Shown here piece by piece: positions 48,855 through 62,633 of a stretch of 64,000 nt of DNA. The position numbers were made by a program, and so were the translations under genes. Under the pieces are notes generated by a model. It saw only the letters and a program-made list of their open reading frames with translations. It ran no database searches and was not told the DNA's origin. The first letter of the stretch is position 1. Each line of letters opens with the position of its first letter. Origin of the DNA: the human T2T-CHM13v2.0 reference genome, Homo sapiens; NCBI RefSeq assembly GCF_009914755.1, contig NC_060930.1; one strand, 5' to 3'.

Positions 48855-50067
48855 TAAATTAAACATCACCATTGTGGCCAGAGGTTTAAGTGGAAATAGG
48901 TATGAGGGAGGATGTGCCTGGAAAATATGTCCCAGAAGAAACCAACATTAAAAGTCCATTAATTTGCCCAAAGGATGAAGTCAGGATTTGAACTCCAACC
49001 TGACTTTCCTGATTTCTCCATTCATTGAGCACTGTAGGGGTATAAAATAACCGAAGCAGAGCTCTGGCTTCCGAGGCACACAGAGACGTTACTGCTTCTT
49101 GGCTCCTCTCTACTTCTGTTCTGCCATCAGGCTCAGGGGCTAGTGTGTTGAGGGTAAGAGACTGTGGTACACTACTCAGGCTTGTCTACTGCAGTGGATG
49201 CTGAGATGCGCTGCCCAGATGCCCCCTTCAGATCAAAAGACTTATTCCTCTCATTTTCCCTGGCGGTCAGGAGTGCCGCCAGATGAAACCCTAAGCTCTC
49301 AATTCTCTCTGGAAAATGCTCTTCTTTTGCTCAAGATCATAGCTCTTCCTTCGGGTAGTCTGGACACAATAACTGATTCACATGAGCAACCGCTTGTCTC
49401 AGAAAAGGACCACCTAAAACTGGATAATCCTAGCTTCAGAGCCTCCTGAAGGGTCAGCTGAGGCCTTCTCCTTCTCTGCCCAAATTCTTTCCCTCAGGTG
49501 TTGATCCTTAAGGTGTTGATTCCCATCCCATACCTACCCAGGGTACCCTAGAACTGAGATTTTACCTGACTCGCTGATGGGCATTTGTCAATTAATATCA
49601 ACCTGTTTCCCTTTTTGCTTTTTGAAGTAGAGATAATCACATATATTCATTTTTCTTTACACATTGATTTGTCACCCACCATTTAATTTTTGTATGTAAA
49701 AATTTGATCTAGATCATAGAATAAATTGGACAGGAACTTAGGGGATATGCATGATTCTTAGTATGGTTTTAGTAAACCTTTATGGGACTCAGTTATCTTT
49801 TAAGGAATACTTGGATTACATGATGTCTAAAGTGTCTTAGCTCTACAATTTATTTTATTTTGCATTTAGGTCAGGACACTGAGACACAGAGAAGTTAGGT
49901 TACTTGTTTATAGTCACAAACTAGAATAAAAATAAGGACTCAGTTTTTTTCATTTTGTTCATTTTTTTTAATTACACAAAGTTTTTCCTAACATTCTTTT
50001 TTTTTTTTTCTTAGAGCACTCTGGTTCTGCCTGTAATTTATTGGTTTTAAACTGTGCAGTTACCAAA

Positions 50068-51149
<1,082 letters not shown>

Positions 51150-51573
51150 ATTGAGACATTTTATATTGGGGTAAAGAAATTTCATATATTAACTGTGCTT
51201 CACTGTTTTTCCCTCTTCTGATGTAATTCTTGTTACTGCTTTTCGCCACAAGGGGGCTTAAGAACCTCATTTATTATTTAAATTAATGAGAGCTTAAAAG
51301 TTGTGGAGGCTCTTGACAGATAATGATTCCGTGTGAAATATACGAATAAAAAGGTTTATAAACAACTAGGATTATTGCATTATCATTTATCCTGCTTTAA
51401 GAGTTTGTGGGTGGGGACCAGGGAGAGGGCCACAACTATAGTTGTGTGGTGCAAGGCTCTGCCACTAAAGGAATACAGTGTCCATTTTATAGAAGAAAAG
51501 GAATTTCTTTAGGGGTTCGCACTTTGGAGAAATCTTCCAACAGGTTTTAAGGATTGTCAAGTCTTGTCTAAAT

Positions 51574-51792
51574 CAGTGATTCTCAACAAGAGGTAATATT
51601 AACCCCCAGACTACATTTGACAATGTCTGGAGACATTTGTGGTTGTTGCAACTTGAGGAAGTAGAGTGGTGCCGCTGATGTCCTGAGGGTACAGACTAGG
51701 GATGCTGCCAAACTTGCTGTGGTGAATAGGACAGCTTCCCACAAGGAAGTATTGGGCTCAAAGTGTTAAGGGTGCTGCTGTGGAGAAACCCT
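51574..51792 (+). mobile_element. MER20-like hAT MITE
   Basis: CAGTGATTCTCAAC ... CAATGTCTGGAGACATTT ... GGAGAAACCCT. Confidence 0.75.
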
Positions 51793-52187
51793 CATCTAAA
51801 TCAACTATGCTTTTAAGGATTCATAGTAAGCGGTGTAAAACTTTAATTTTCTTTAAACATTTTAGACCAAAACAGAAAATGCTGGCTTGATTTACTTAAA
51901 AATTTCTGCCCAGCAGCACAGCAAATTTTGCACTCTGTTTTGGGCCAAGATAGCAGGGGGGAGGGAACCAGGTGCCTACATTTTCCTTGCTCCCTTCTCC
52001 CATTCCTTGCTGCCCCCTGAGATCATAGCAACTCAGTGTTTTTATTTCAAGCATTTTCCTGAAAGTTGTTAACAGAAAATAAAAGAGAATAGTGAAAAGT
52101 ATAAAAGCGAAGAAATCTCAAGGCATTAGAATCCTACACTGTTCTTAGCGTTCCCATCCTCCTGGCTGTGATAAGTTGTGTCTTTCA

Positions 52188-52607
<420 letters not shown>

Positions 52608-53603
52608 TAGCTGTGTGTCTTTGGATAACCAGTGATTTCCTCATCTGTAAAATGGGACTAATACTTCATAAGGCTCCATGAGGGCATGTGTTTTATTTAC
52701 CTCCTCATGTCTCCAGTATCTGGTACAGAGTGCATGTGAAATATATCCAGAATAAACATGTAAACTGTGGTGTACATCTAACATCTAACACACTTTTATG
52801 TTTTGATATTCGTGTATATTAAGGACTATCACATGTAGGATCAATCTTCAGGGAGACCACAATATTTAGCCGTTTTCAAATAGCCAAACCTGTTTCTTTG
52901 CTATTAGTTGATGACATGCATAAAACCCCCCATATTATCAGCTGTGTAAAAATCAATTTTATCTCTATGTGTAAATATGTGTTTGTCTGTATATATCTTT
53001 ATATATTTTAAGCTCACAGTGCCTTATCTTGGAAAACATCAGCAATTGCTTTGAATTCTACAATTTTTGTTTAGAATACAGGGATATAAGATCACTCACC
53101 TGATGTTTTCACTGAGTGAACTCATTTTCCCACAAAGAATACATTCTCACCCTTTAAAAGTTGACTGATGTTAGTGAAGACCAAGAAATATTTTGGCAAA
53201 TCTGTTGGAGACAATCAATCCATGTAGACAAATGTGGCCTAAATTCCTACCTGATAAACAATGCTGCCTATAGAATGTAGTGGTTAAAACACAGGTTTTG
53301 GAGGCAGACAATCTGGGTTGGAATCTGACTAAGCTCTTTCATTTACCAAACATTTGACCTTGGGCAAATTGCTTAATCTTTTTAAACCTCAACTTTACCA
53401 TAGGTATTTCTTCTTAACATGTGTATTCCAAGGGTAGTTTTGAGGATTAGAAAATAAATACACGATAAGTTCACACAGTGCCTATGACAAATTAAGCATC
53501 ATTATAATCAGTGGTTTTATTATAATTTAAAATTTGTTCTACTTTTCTGCTAAAAATAAATTTGGATTTGAGGTTGGTAACCAGAACCTGACAGGATACA
53601 ATT

Positions 53604-53650
53604 TCACCATCATCATCACCATCACCACCACCATCAGCAGCAGCAGCATC
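53604..53650 (+). repeat. Mixed (CAT/CAC)n(CAG)n trinucleotide tract
   Basis: Directly visible. Confidence 0.85.
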
Positions 53651-53749
53651 CTCAACGTCATCTCATTCATTAGTAGAGTTTAATTTATGTTGTTAATTTT
53701 GTTCTATTCTACTTTTATATCTTGCAATAGGATATCTTGCAAGCCCTAA

Positions 53750-55970
53750 TGTGTTACTCTGTTCTCCCAGTTCTAATAAAGACATACCCAGGACTGGGTA
53801 GTCTGTAGAGGAAAAAGGTTTAATTGACTCACAGTTCCACAAGGCTGGGGAGGCCTCACAATCATGGTGAAAGGCAAAGGAGGAGCAAAGTCATGTCTTA
53901 CATGGCGGCAGGCAAGAGAGCTTGTGTAGGACAACTCCCCTTTATAAAACCATCAGCTCTCAAGAGACGTATTCACTATCATGGGAACAGCGCAGGAAAG
54001 AGTGGCCCCCGTGTTTCAATTACCTCCCACTGGTTCCCTCCCACAACACATGGGAATTATGAGAACTACAATTCAAGATGAGATTTGAGTGGGAACACAG
54101 ACAAACCATCTCATTTCGCTCCAGCCCCTCCAAAATCTCATGTTCTTGCATTTCAAAACCAATCATGCCTTCCCAACCATCCCCCAAAGTCTTAACTCAT
54201 TACAGAATTAACTCAAAAGTCCACAGTTTCATCTGAGACAAGGCAAGTCCCTTCCACCTGTGAGTCTGTAAAATGAAATACAAATTAGTTACTTCCTAGA
54301 CACAGTGGGGTTATAGGCATTGGGTAAATACTCCCATTCCAAATGGGAGAAATTGGCAAAAACAAAGTGGCTACAGGCCCCATGCAAGCCTGAAATCCAA
54401 TGGGCAGTCCTTAAATCTTAAATTTCCAAAATGAACTCCTTTGCTTCCATGTCTCACATCCAGGTCACACTGATGCAAGAGGTGGGCTCCCATGGCCTTG
54501 GGCAGCTCTGCCTCTGTGGCTTTTCAGGGTACAGCCCCCTTTCCAGGCTACTTTCACAGCTAGAGTTGAGTGTCTGTGGCTTTTCCAGGGGCACGGTGCA
54601 AGCTGTCAGTGGATCTACCATTCTGGGGTCTGGAGGATGGTGGCCCTCTTCTCAGCTCCACTACACAGTGCTTTAGTAGTGACTCTGTGTTTGGGCTTGC
54701 ACCCCACATTTCCCTTCTGCACTGCCCTAGCAGAGGTTCTCCATGACAGCTCTTCCCCTGCAGCAAGTTTCTATCTGGATATCCAGGCACTTCCATACAT
54801 CCTGTGAAATGTAGGCAGAAGTTCCCAAACTTCAATTCTTGACTTCTGTGCTCCCACAGTCCCAATACCACATGTAAACTGCCAGGACTTGGGGCTTGCA
54901 CCCGCTGAAGAAACAGCCGGAGCTGTACATTGACCCCTTTTAGCCATGACTGGAGCTGAAGCAGCTGGGATACAGAGCACCATGTCGTGAGGTTGCATAG
55001 AGCAGGGAAGCCCTGGGCCTGGCCCATGAAGCCATTTTTCCCTCTTAGGCCTCCTGGCCTGTAATGGGAGGGATGGCCATGAGGGTCTCTGACATGCCCT
55101 GGTGACATTTTCCACATTGTCTTGGTGATGAGGGAACATTTGGCTCCTGGTTACTTATGTAAATTTCTGCAGCTGTCTTAAATTTCTCCCCAAGAAATGG
55201 GTTTTTGTTTTCTACTGCATCATCAGGCCGAAAATTTTCTAAACTTTTATGCTCTGTCACCTCTCGAATGCTTTGCTGCTAAGAAATTTCTTCCACTAGA
55301 TACCCTAAATCATCTCTCTCAAGTTCAAAGTTCTGCAGATCTTCAGGGGAGGGGCAAAACTATGCCAGCCTCTTTGTATAGCAAGAGTGACCTTTACTCC
55401 AGTTTCCAACAAGTTCCCCATCTCACTATCACCATTTTGGTCTAAGCCATTTAACAAGTCTCAAGGAACTTCCAAACTTTCCCACACCTTCGTGTCTTCC
55501 TCTGAGCCCTCCAAACTGTTTCAACCTCTGCTTGTTACCCATTTCCAAAGTTGCTTTCACATTTTCAGGTATCTTTACAGCAGCATCCAACTCTACCTGT
55601 ACCAATTTACTGCATTAATCTGTTCTCACACTGCTAATGAAAACATACCTGAGACTGCGTAATTCATAAAGGAAAGGTTTAATTGACTCACAGTTCCACA
55701 TGGCTGGGGAGGCCTCACAATCGTGGTGGAAGGCGAATGAGGAGCAAACTCATGTCTTACATAGTGGCAGGTGAGAGAGCTGGTGCAGGAGAACTCCCCT
55801 TTATAAAACCATCAGATCTTGTGAGACTTCCTATCACAAGAACAGCACAGGAAAGACTTGCCCTCATGATTCAATTACCTTCCACTGGGTCCCTCCCACG
55901 ACATGTGGAAATTATGGGAACTACAATTCAAGATGAGATTTGGTTGGGGACACACAGCCAAACCATATCA
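53750..55970 (-). mobile_element. Complete THE1 (MaLR) element: LTR 53750-54113, internal region, LTR ~55611-55970
   Basis: Two homologous THE1C/D-type LTRs around ~1.5 kb THE1-int; 5-bp TSD CCTAA/CTTAA. Confidence 0.92.
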
Positions 55971-56146
55971 CTTAATAACTCAACATGTTAAAATGTAACT
56001 GATTATTCTAACACTCTCTACCACCCAAAAGAAACAAAATGAAACAAAACTCTCCTTTTCCTCTATTTCCTATATAGATATGTATATATGCCAGCTGCTT
56101 GGAATGATGTCCGCTCCATCTCACACCCAACACTTTGTGTGTGTGA

Positions 56147-56156
56147 GACACACACA

Positions 56157-56188
<32 letters not shown>

Positions 56189-56189
56189 C
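56147..56189 (+). repeat. (CA)n(GA)n compound microsatellite at an Alu tail
   Basis: Directly visible. Confidence 0.9.
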
Positions 56190-56424
56190 AGGGTCTTGCT
56201 CTGTTGCCCAGGCTGGAGTGCAGTGGCATGAACATAACTCACTACAGCCTTGACCTCCTCCTGCCTCCGCCTCCTGAGTAGCTGGGATTACAGGTGCACA
56301 CTACCACACTCAGCTAATTTTTTATTTTCTGTTTTGTAGCGACAGGGTCTCACTATGTTTTCCATGCTGATCTCAAACTCCTGGGCCCAAGTGATCTTCT
56401 TGCTTCAGCCTCCCAAAGTGCAGG

Positions 56425-58122
56425 TGTGTCCGGAATTGGTGGGTTCTTGGTCTCACTGACTTCAAGAATGAAGCCGCGGACCCTCGAGGTGAGTGTTACA
56501 GCTCTTAAGGTGGCGCGTCTGGGTCTGGAGTTTGTTTCTTCTGATGTTCCGATGCGTTCGGAGTTTCTTCCTTCTGGTGGGTTCGTGGTCTCCCTGGCTC
56601 AGGAGTGAAGCTGCAGACCTTCGCGGTGAGTATTACAGCTCTTAAGGTGGCGCGTCTGGAGTTGTTCGTTCCTCCTGGTGGGCTCATGGTCTCGCTGGCT
56701 TCAGGAGTGAAGCTGCAGACCTTCGCGGTGAGTGTTACAGCTCTTAAGGTGGCGCGTCTCGAGTTGTTCGTTCCTCCCGGTGGGCTCGTGGTCTCGCTGG
56801 CTTCAGGAGTGAAGCTGCAGACCTTCACGGTGAGTATTACAGCTCATAAAAGCAGTGTGGACCCAAAGAGTGAGCAGTAGCAAGATTTATTGCAAAAAGC
56901 AAAAGAACAAAGCTTCCACATTGTGGAAGGGGACCAGAGTGGGTTGCCACTGCTGGCTCAGGTAGCCTGCTTTTATTCTCTTATCTGGCCCCACCCACAT
57001 CCTAATGATTGGTAGAGCCAAGTGGTGCGTTTTGACAGGGTGCTGATTGGTGCATTTACAATCCCTGAGCTAGATACAAAGGTTCTCCACATCCCCATCA
57101 GATTAGTTAGATACAGAGTATCCACACAAAGGTTCTCCAAGGCCCCACCAGAGCAGCTAGATACACAGTGTGGATGGCTGCACTCACAAACCCTGAGCTA
57201 AACACAGGGTGCTCATTGGTGTGTTTACAAACCTTGAGCTAGATACAGAGTGCCGATTGGTGTATTTACAATCCCTGAGCTAGACATAAAGGTTCTCCAA
57301 AGGCCCCACCAGAGCAGCTAGATACAGAGTGTCCATTGGTGCACTCACAAACCCTGAGCTAGACACAGGTGCTGATTGGTGTGTTTACAAACCTTGAGCT
57401 AGATACAGAGTGCCGGTTGGTGTATTTACAATCCCTGAGCTAGACATAAAGCTTCTCCAAGGCCCCACCAGACTCAGGAGCTCAGCCGGCTTCACCCAGT
57501 GGATCCCGCACCAGGCATGCAGGTGGAGCTGCCTGCCAGTCCCGGTGTTGTGCACCCACACTCCTCAGCCCTTGGGTGGTCGATGGGACTGGGCGCCGTG
57601 GAGCAGGGGGTGGCGTTCATCGGGGAGGCTCGGGCACACAGGAGCCCATGGAGGGGGTGGGGGGCTCAGGCATGGCGGGCTGCAGGTCCCGAGCCCTGCC
57701 CCACGGGAAGGCAGCTAAGGCCCCGTGAGAAATCGAGCGCAGCGCAGGTGGGCTGGCACTGCTGGGGGACCCAGTACACCCTCCGCAGCCGCTGGCCCTG
57801 GTGCTAAGTCCCTCATTGCCCGGGGCCGGCAGGGCCAGCCGGCTGCTCCGAGTGCGGGGCCCGCCAAGCCCATGCCCACCCAGAACTCCAGCTGGCCCGC
57901 AAGAGCCGCACGCAGCCCCTGTTCCCGCTCGCGCCTCTCCCTCCACACCTCCCTGCAAGCTGAGGGAGTGGGCTCAGGCCTTCGCCAGCCCAGAAAGAGG
58001 TTCCCACAGTGCCCTGGTGGGCTGAAGGGCTCCTCAAGTGCCGCCAAAGTGGGAGCCTAGGCAGAGGAGGCGCCGAGAGCGAGCGAGGGCTGTGAGGACT
58101 GCCAGCACGCTGTCACCTCTCA
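56425..58122 (-). mobile_element. Solo ERV9 LTR (LTR12C-like) in RHAG intron 1, inserted in an old Alu
   Basis: Minus strand begins TGAGAGGTGACAGCGTGCTGGCAGTCC and ends CCAATTCCGGACACA; 4-bp TSD CAGG at 56421-56424 and 58123-58126; CpG-rich U3, CCAAT/GATA repeats, ~102-bp U5 repeats. Confidence 0.95.
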
Positions 58123-58599
58123 CAGGTATGAGCCCAGCCCCAATACTCCTTTACCTGAAAATCTTCTAGATACCTTTTAAGAATCATTCTCTGAGTGTTA
58201 CCCATGTTGTGCATATCCCTCTTGTTTTATTTCGTTTGTTTGTCTGTTTTGTTGCTCTGTGTGCTCATTTGTCAGTTATTCAAATAGACTTGATGGAACA
58301 CTGCCAGTTAGACACTTTTGCAGGAGAAAGTGAATGCAAGTCTGAAGATAGGAGTCATTAGGTGGCTTGTCTCAGAGAACTCAACAGAAAGTCTGCCACC
58401 TGTAGCTTTTTAGGAACTGCCTGATTTATTCATAAATAAATAGATTACTGGTGAGGGCCAGCTTTTTAGTGGCTCAAGGCTGGCAAGGTAGTTTGCTATA
58501 CATATAACTTTTTGGCAATCTTTTGAACCAATGGGGTTGTATTCTAAACTCATCTTTTTTGAGAGAATAGTATCCTTAGGGCAGTATCTTCCTTCCTCC

Positions 58600-59760
58600 C
58601 TCTAAATATATTATTGTTACATATTTCAAATATTTAGAAAAGAGAATACAATAAACACTTACATACTATTCACTCAGATTTATCAGTTATTAATATTTTC
58701 ACACTTGCTTTCTGTGTTTGTGTGTGTGTGTACATCTCCTAAGTAAAATACCATACAATTCTAAATACCATAATATCAGCATCACATCCAAGAAATGCCA
58801 ACATCGGTATAATAATATGACCTAACATAGAATTATATTCAGATTACTCCAACTATTCCCAGACTGTCTTTTTATAAAATTTCTGGATTAATTATTCACT
58901 CAAGTTTCATACATTTTCTTTGTCATGTGTCTTTAGACGCCTTTGATTTAGAGCAGTTCTCTTACATGCTTTTCATTGCTGGTATTATTTCATTTTTTAT
59001 GTAGAATGCCCTACAATTTGGATTTGTTTGATTGTTTCACCATGATTAGAATCAGACTAAATATTTTTGGCAAGAATATTATACAGATAGTATTGTGTAC
59101 TTCCCATTAGATCACATGAGGAAGCACATAATTTGTTTTTCCTATTACTGATAATGGTAGGTTTGACCACTTGCTTAAAACTGGTGTTGCCAGACCTCTC
59201 CACTATAAGTGTAACTTTGACCCTGTAAGTATCAAGTAATCTCTGGGTGACTCTTTCAGAACATGTGAATGCCATGTTATCCAATAACTTTTCACCCAAT
59301 GATTTTAGCTTCCATGATGAACATTGCTGAAATGAATTATTACATTGGTAATTTCAAAATTGTAATTTTCTATGTCTATTCTCCTTTATATTAATTAGTA
59401 TTCTTCTATAAAGAAGAGCTTCCTCCTTCTCCTCTTTTTCTCTTTTATGCAATATTTCTATGGGCTTATTGAATCCCTTTTTCCTTATTTGAATTTCTAT
59501 TACCATTATGTCATTATTATTTTAACACTCCATGTATTCCTAATTTGGCCTGTTGATGCCCCATTCAAGCAGGATCCTGTGTCCTTTTCACATGGCCCTG
59601 TTAGTCTTTAAGCACTTGGGTTACCTTGTGCTTTCTTTGCCCCAACCTGGAACCAGCAATTTCTCCAATGAGTCCCTGAGTGGGGAATGATATTTCAAAT
59701 CCAAGGTCTTAGTTCTATTTGTGCCCATGGCTTGCAGGCCTTTTAAGTAGGCAAAACTGT
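58600..59760 (-). mobile_element. Ancient L1M (L1MB/MC-type) 3' region
   Basis: Degenerate L1M 3'UTR-like sequence; ends approximate. Confidence 0.55.
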
Positions 59761-60018
59761 CCAATTCAAAGGCATCACATCGGTTCTGCTAGAGACTAGT
59801 ATCTTATTGTTAGGTCATATATTACAGACAGTATATTAATTCAGTTATCATGACAATTCCAGGTAACAATGCAGCAGCAAACCATTTCCTAGGAATTGTT
59901 TACACAGTAGAAATCAGCTACCTTTGTTTGTAACATGAAGATTTGCTGAATCTTTTGGTGAAAGTCATGAAATGATTTCGAGTGATGTGTAGATCCTTTG
60001 CCAGTTCACCTCTATCTT

Positions 60019-60740
60019 CAGTGGTTCCCAAACTGTGATCCACAGATATCTGGGTGTCCTGCAGACTGACTTTCAGGGAGTCTGAGAAGTTAAAACTATT
60101 TTCATGACAATTCTAGGATCGTATTTGCCTTTTGTGTATGACATGTCTTTTTAATACGTATGAATCAGCCTGGTGAAATACAAATATATGTAAAGCACTA
60201 CTGAAATGTGATGGTATCTCAGAAAAAAAGCACTTCTGTGATTGATTGAGTTGCTAATTGAACAAGAACCATTTTAATAAGATTCCATTGTTGCTTGAAA
60301 GAAAGACTGACACATACATTGTTGCTTCTCAGACTTGAGTGTCTGGCAGATATTTTCTGAAAAATGCATGAAATGAGGCTATCATCTCAATTTAAAGAAC
60401 TGACAGTATTTATAGCTATGATATATTCTCAGTTTTTAAACAATTAGAATTTCAGAAAATTTGTGTCTGCTATCACAAGCTTATCAACTTCCTGATACTT
60501 GGCAAGGCTTTTCTAGAGAGACTGTTGATGATATTAACGAATATTCTTTTTTATGTTATATATGGAAATATGTCAACATTTGGAAGACCTGTATAAGTCA
60601 GTGAATCAATATTTTTCAAATGGACAATGTAACAGTATTACAGTGTGACACATGAGTAAATGAGCCAATCAAAGTACAGGATAAACTAACGGATTTTTAA
60701 TGCCACAGAGTATAAAAAAATCATTAATATGATTTTAATG
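60019..60740 (+). mobile_element. hAT-Charlie1-like DNA transposon remnant
   Basis: CAGTGGTTCCCAAACTGTG terminus followed by Charlie1-like subterminal sequence. Confidence 0.65.
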
Positions 60741-61975
60741 TCCCCTAGATATTAAATACCTAGCATCTGTGGAATCTCTAATAAAATGTAAGCAGTCCCC
60801 AGAGAGCCTTCTCTTTAACCTTAATTTTCTCTAGTCCGTCTACATGTTAGCAAGGATTAGCTGACAGACACAGTCAAACTTCAGTGCTTGTTAAATTATT
60901 TGACTCAACAGGGTGACCAGCACTTTGATAGGTGCTATGGAAGCCAAAAACCATGGAGTATAGCTAGTTTATCAAGTGAGTATCTCAGGGGTTATTCATG
61001 GCATGAAACATGATATTCAGGTACATAACATAGTTTCATGATTGTGCTTACGGTTGTGTGCAAACCCAAGGGTTCTGTAACCTAATTCCCTTCTCTACTG
61101 TTTAAAAAAGCACGACAGAATACAAGTGATGAGAATAAATTTGTATTTTCTGTAGTTTACTTAAAATGTAGATTAATATACAATTTCATTTATTTTTGAA
61201 ATACTCAAATCTTTTACCACACTACAATTGAGAACTATCATAATGTACTGTGAACTTCTTGGGGAGGAACCGAGCCTTTTCTTTGCTTGAATCCCTGCAC
61301 TGGCACTGGGCATGGAACTAGGTAGGCACCCAAAATGTTTACTCATTTGACTTGAACATTGTTTTCTATTAATGAATATTAACTATCTGTTCTCCATTAA
61401 CTTATACCATTACATAAACTTTGTGTAAGTCAATTATTTGAAATGTAGGGAAATCCATATAGCATATATATGTATATAACACCTCAGTCATGTACTTTCT
61501 CAGTCTATTCTACAAACAATTTTAAGCAGGAATAATATAACTGAACTGGAAGATGAGAATTTTCCAGAATTTTGAGTCTTGAGACCCACCTTTCCTGAAG
61601 AGAGAACTTTTAATTGTGAATAGACTGGGTTATGGACAGCATTTTGAGTGAATGATGGCTACCTTTCATGTAAAATTTCACTTTGTGGCATTCTAGGTGC
61701 ATAGGAGACAAGTTAATTAATTGCACGCAATGGATGCCTTGAGTCATTAGGATTTTGTTCTCTCTCTGGTGGAGAGAGGCTGAAAAAACATCTCTTGTCC
61801 AAATGCATTTATGTCTCTAATCTTGCTTCGTTTACAGCCATGGCATTTTTTTTAACCATCTAAATATATGGTATACATTTAGACATTCAGATGTGTCTGG
61901 TCACATATCTCCTTGTCTGCCTTTCCCTGTGGAATGTAAACTTCCTGAGGACATGGACTTTGCCCATTTTGTCTT

Positions 61976-62633
61976 TTTTTCATTTTCTTTTCTGTTTAAA
62001 ATTGATACGTAATATGTATACACATTTATGGGATACATGTGGATGGTATTTCGATAAATGCATATGAATTGTAATAAGCAAATCATGTTATTCAGGATAT
62101 CCATCACCTTGAACATTTATCATTTCTTTGTATAAGAAACATTTCAAATCTTCTCTTCTAGTTATCTCAAAATATACAATATGTTGTTGCTAACTACAGT
62201 CACCTTACTGTACGACAAACACTAGAACTTTTTCCTTTTATCTAACTGTATATTTGTAGCCATTAACCACACTTTCTTCATCACTTTCCCTGTTCCAACA
62301 CCCTTCCCAATATCTAGTAATTATCATTCTACTCTCTACCTCCATGCAGAGAAAAGGAAATTCTTACACACTGTTGGTGGGAATATAAATTATAATGTAA
62401 ACAATATGGAAGTTTCTCAAAAAACTAAAAATATAACTATCACATGAACCAGCAGTCTCACTACTAGGGATATTTCCAAAGAAAATGAAATCAGTATATT
62501 GAAGAGAAAGAGATATCTGCACTCTTATGTTTATTGCAGCACGATTCACAATAGCCAAGATACGTAATCAACCTAAGTATCCATCAGTGGATGAATAGAT
62601 AAAAAAAAATGTGGCATATATACACAATGGAAT
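61976..62633 (-). mobile_element. Old L1MA-type insertion with 5' inversion, inside an L2 fragment
   Basis: Minus-strand 3'UTR up to ~62346 joined to a plus-strand ORF2-end piece; shared flanks CCCATTTTGT at 61963-61972 and 62634-62643. Confidence 0.75.

Noticed and set aside
53100-53151. Possible 52-nt cryptic RHAG intron 1 exon ending in a consensus CAG|GTGAGT donor
   Set aside because: Weak acceptor, no RhAG similarity, and such donors occur by chance; needs RNA evidence.
53604-53650. Poly-His/poly-Gln-like tract suggesting a coding exon
   Set aside because: No extended ORF or convincing splice sites; a simple trinucleotide repeat.
54431-55260. ORFs of 71-185 aa in THE1 internal sequence
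   Set aside because: Degenerate MaLR internal region; no recognisable intact protein domain.
56426-58060. Cluster of overlapping GC-rich ORFs and ~102-bp / ~40-bp repeats resembling an array or CpG-island gene
   Set aside because: All lie within the LTR12 element; the repeats are its U5 and U3 units, not CRISPR and not a host promoter.
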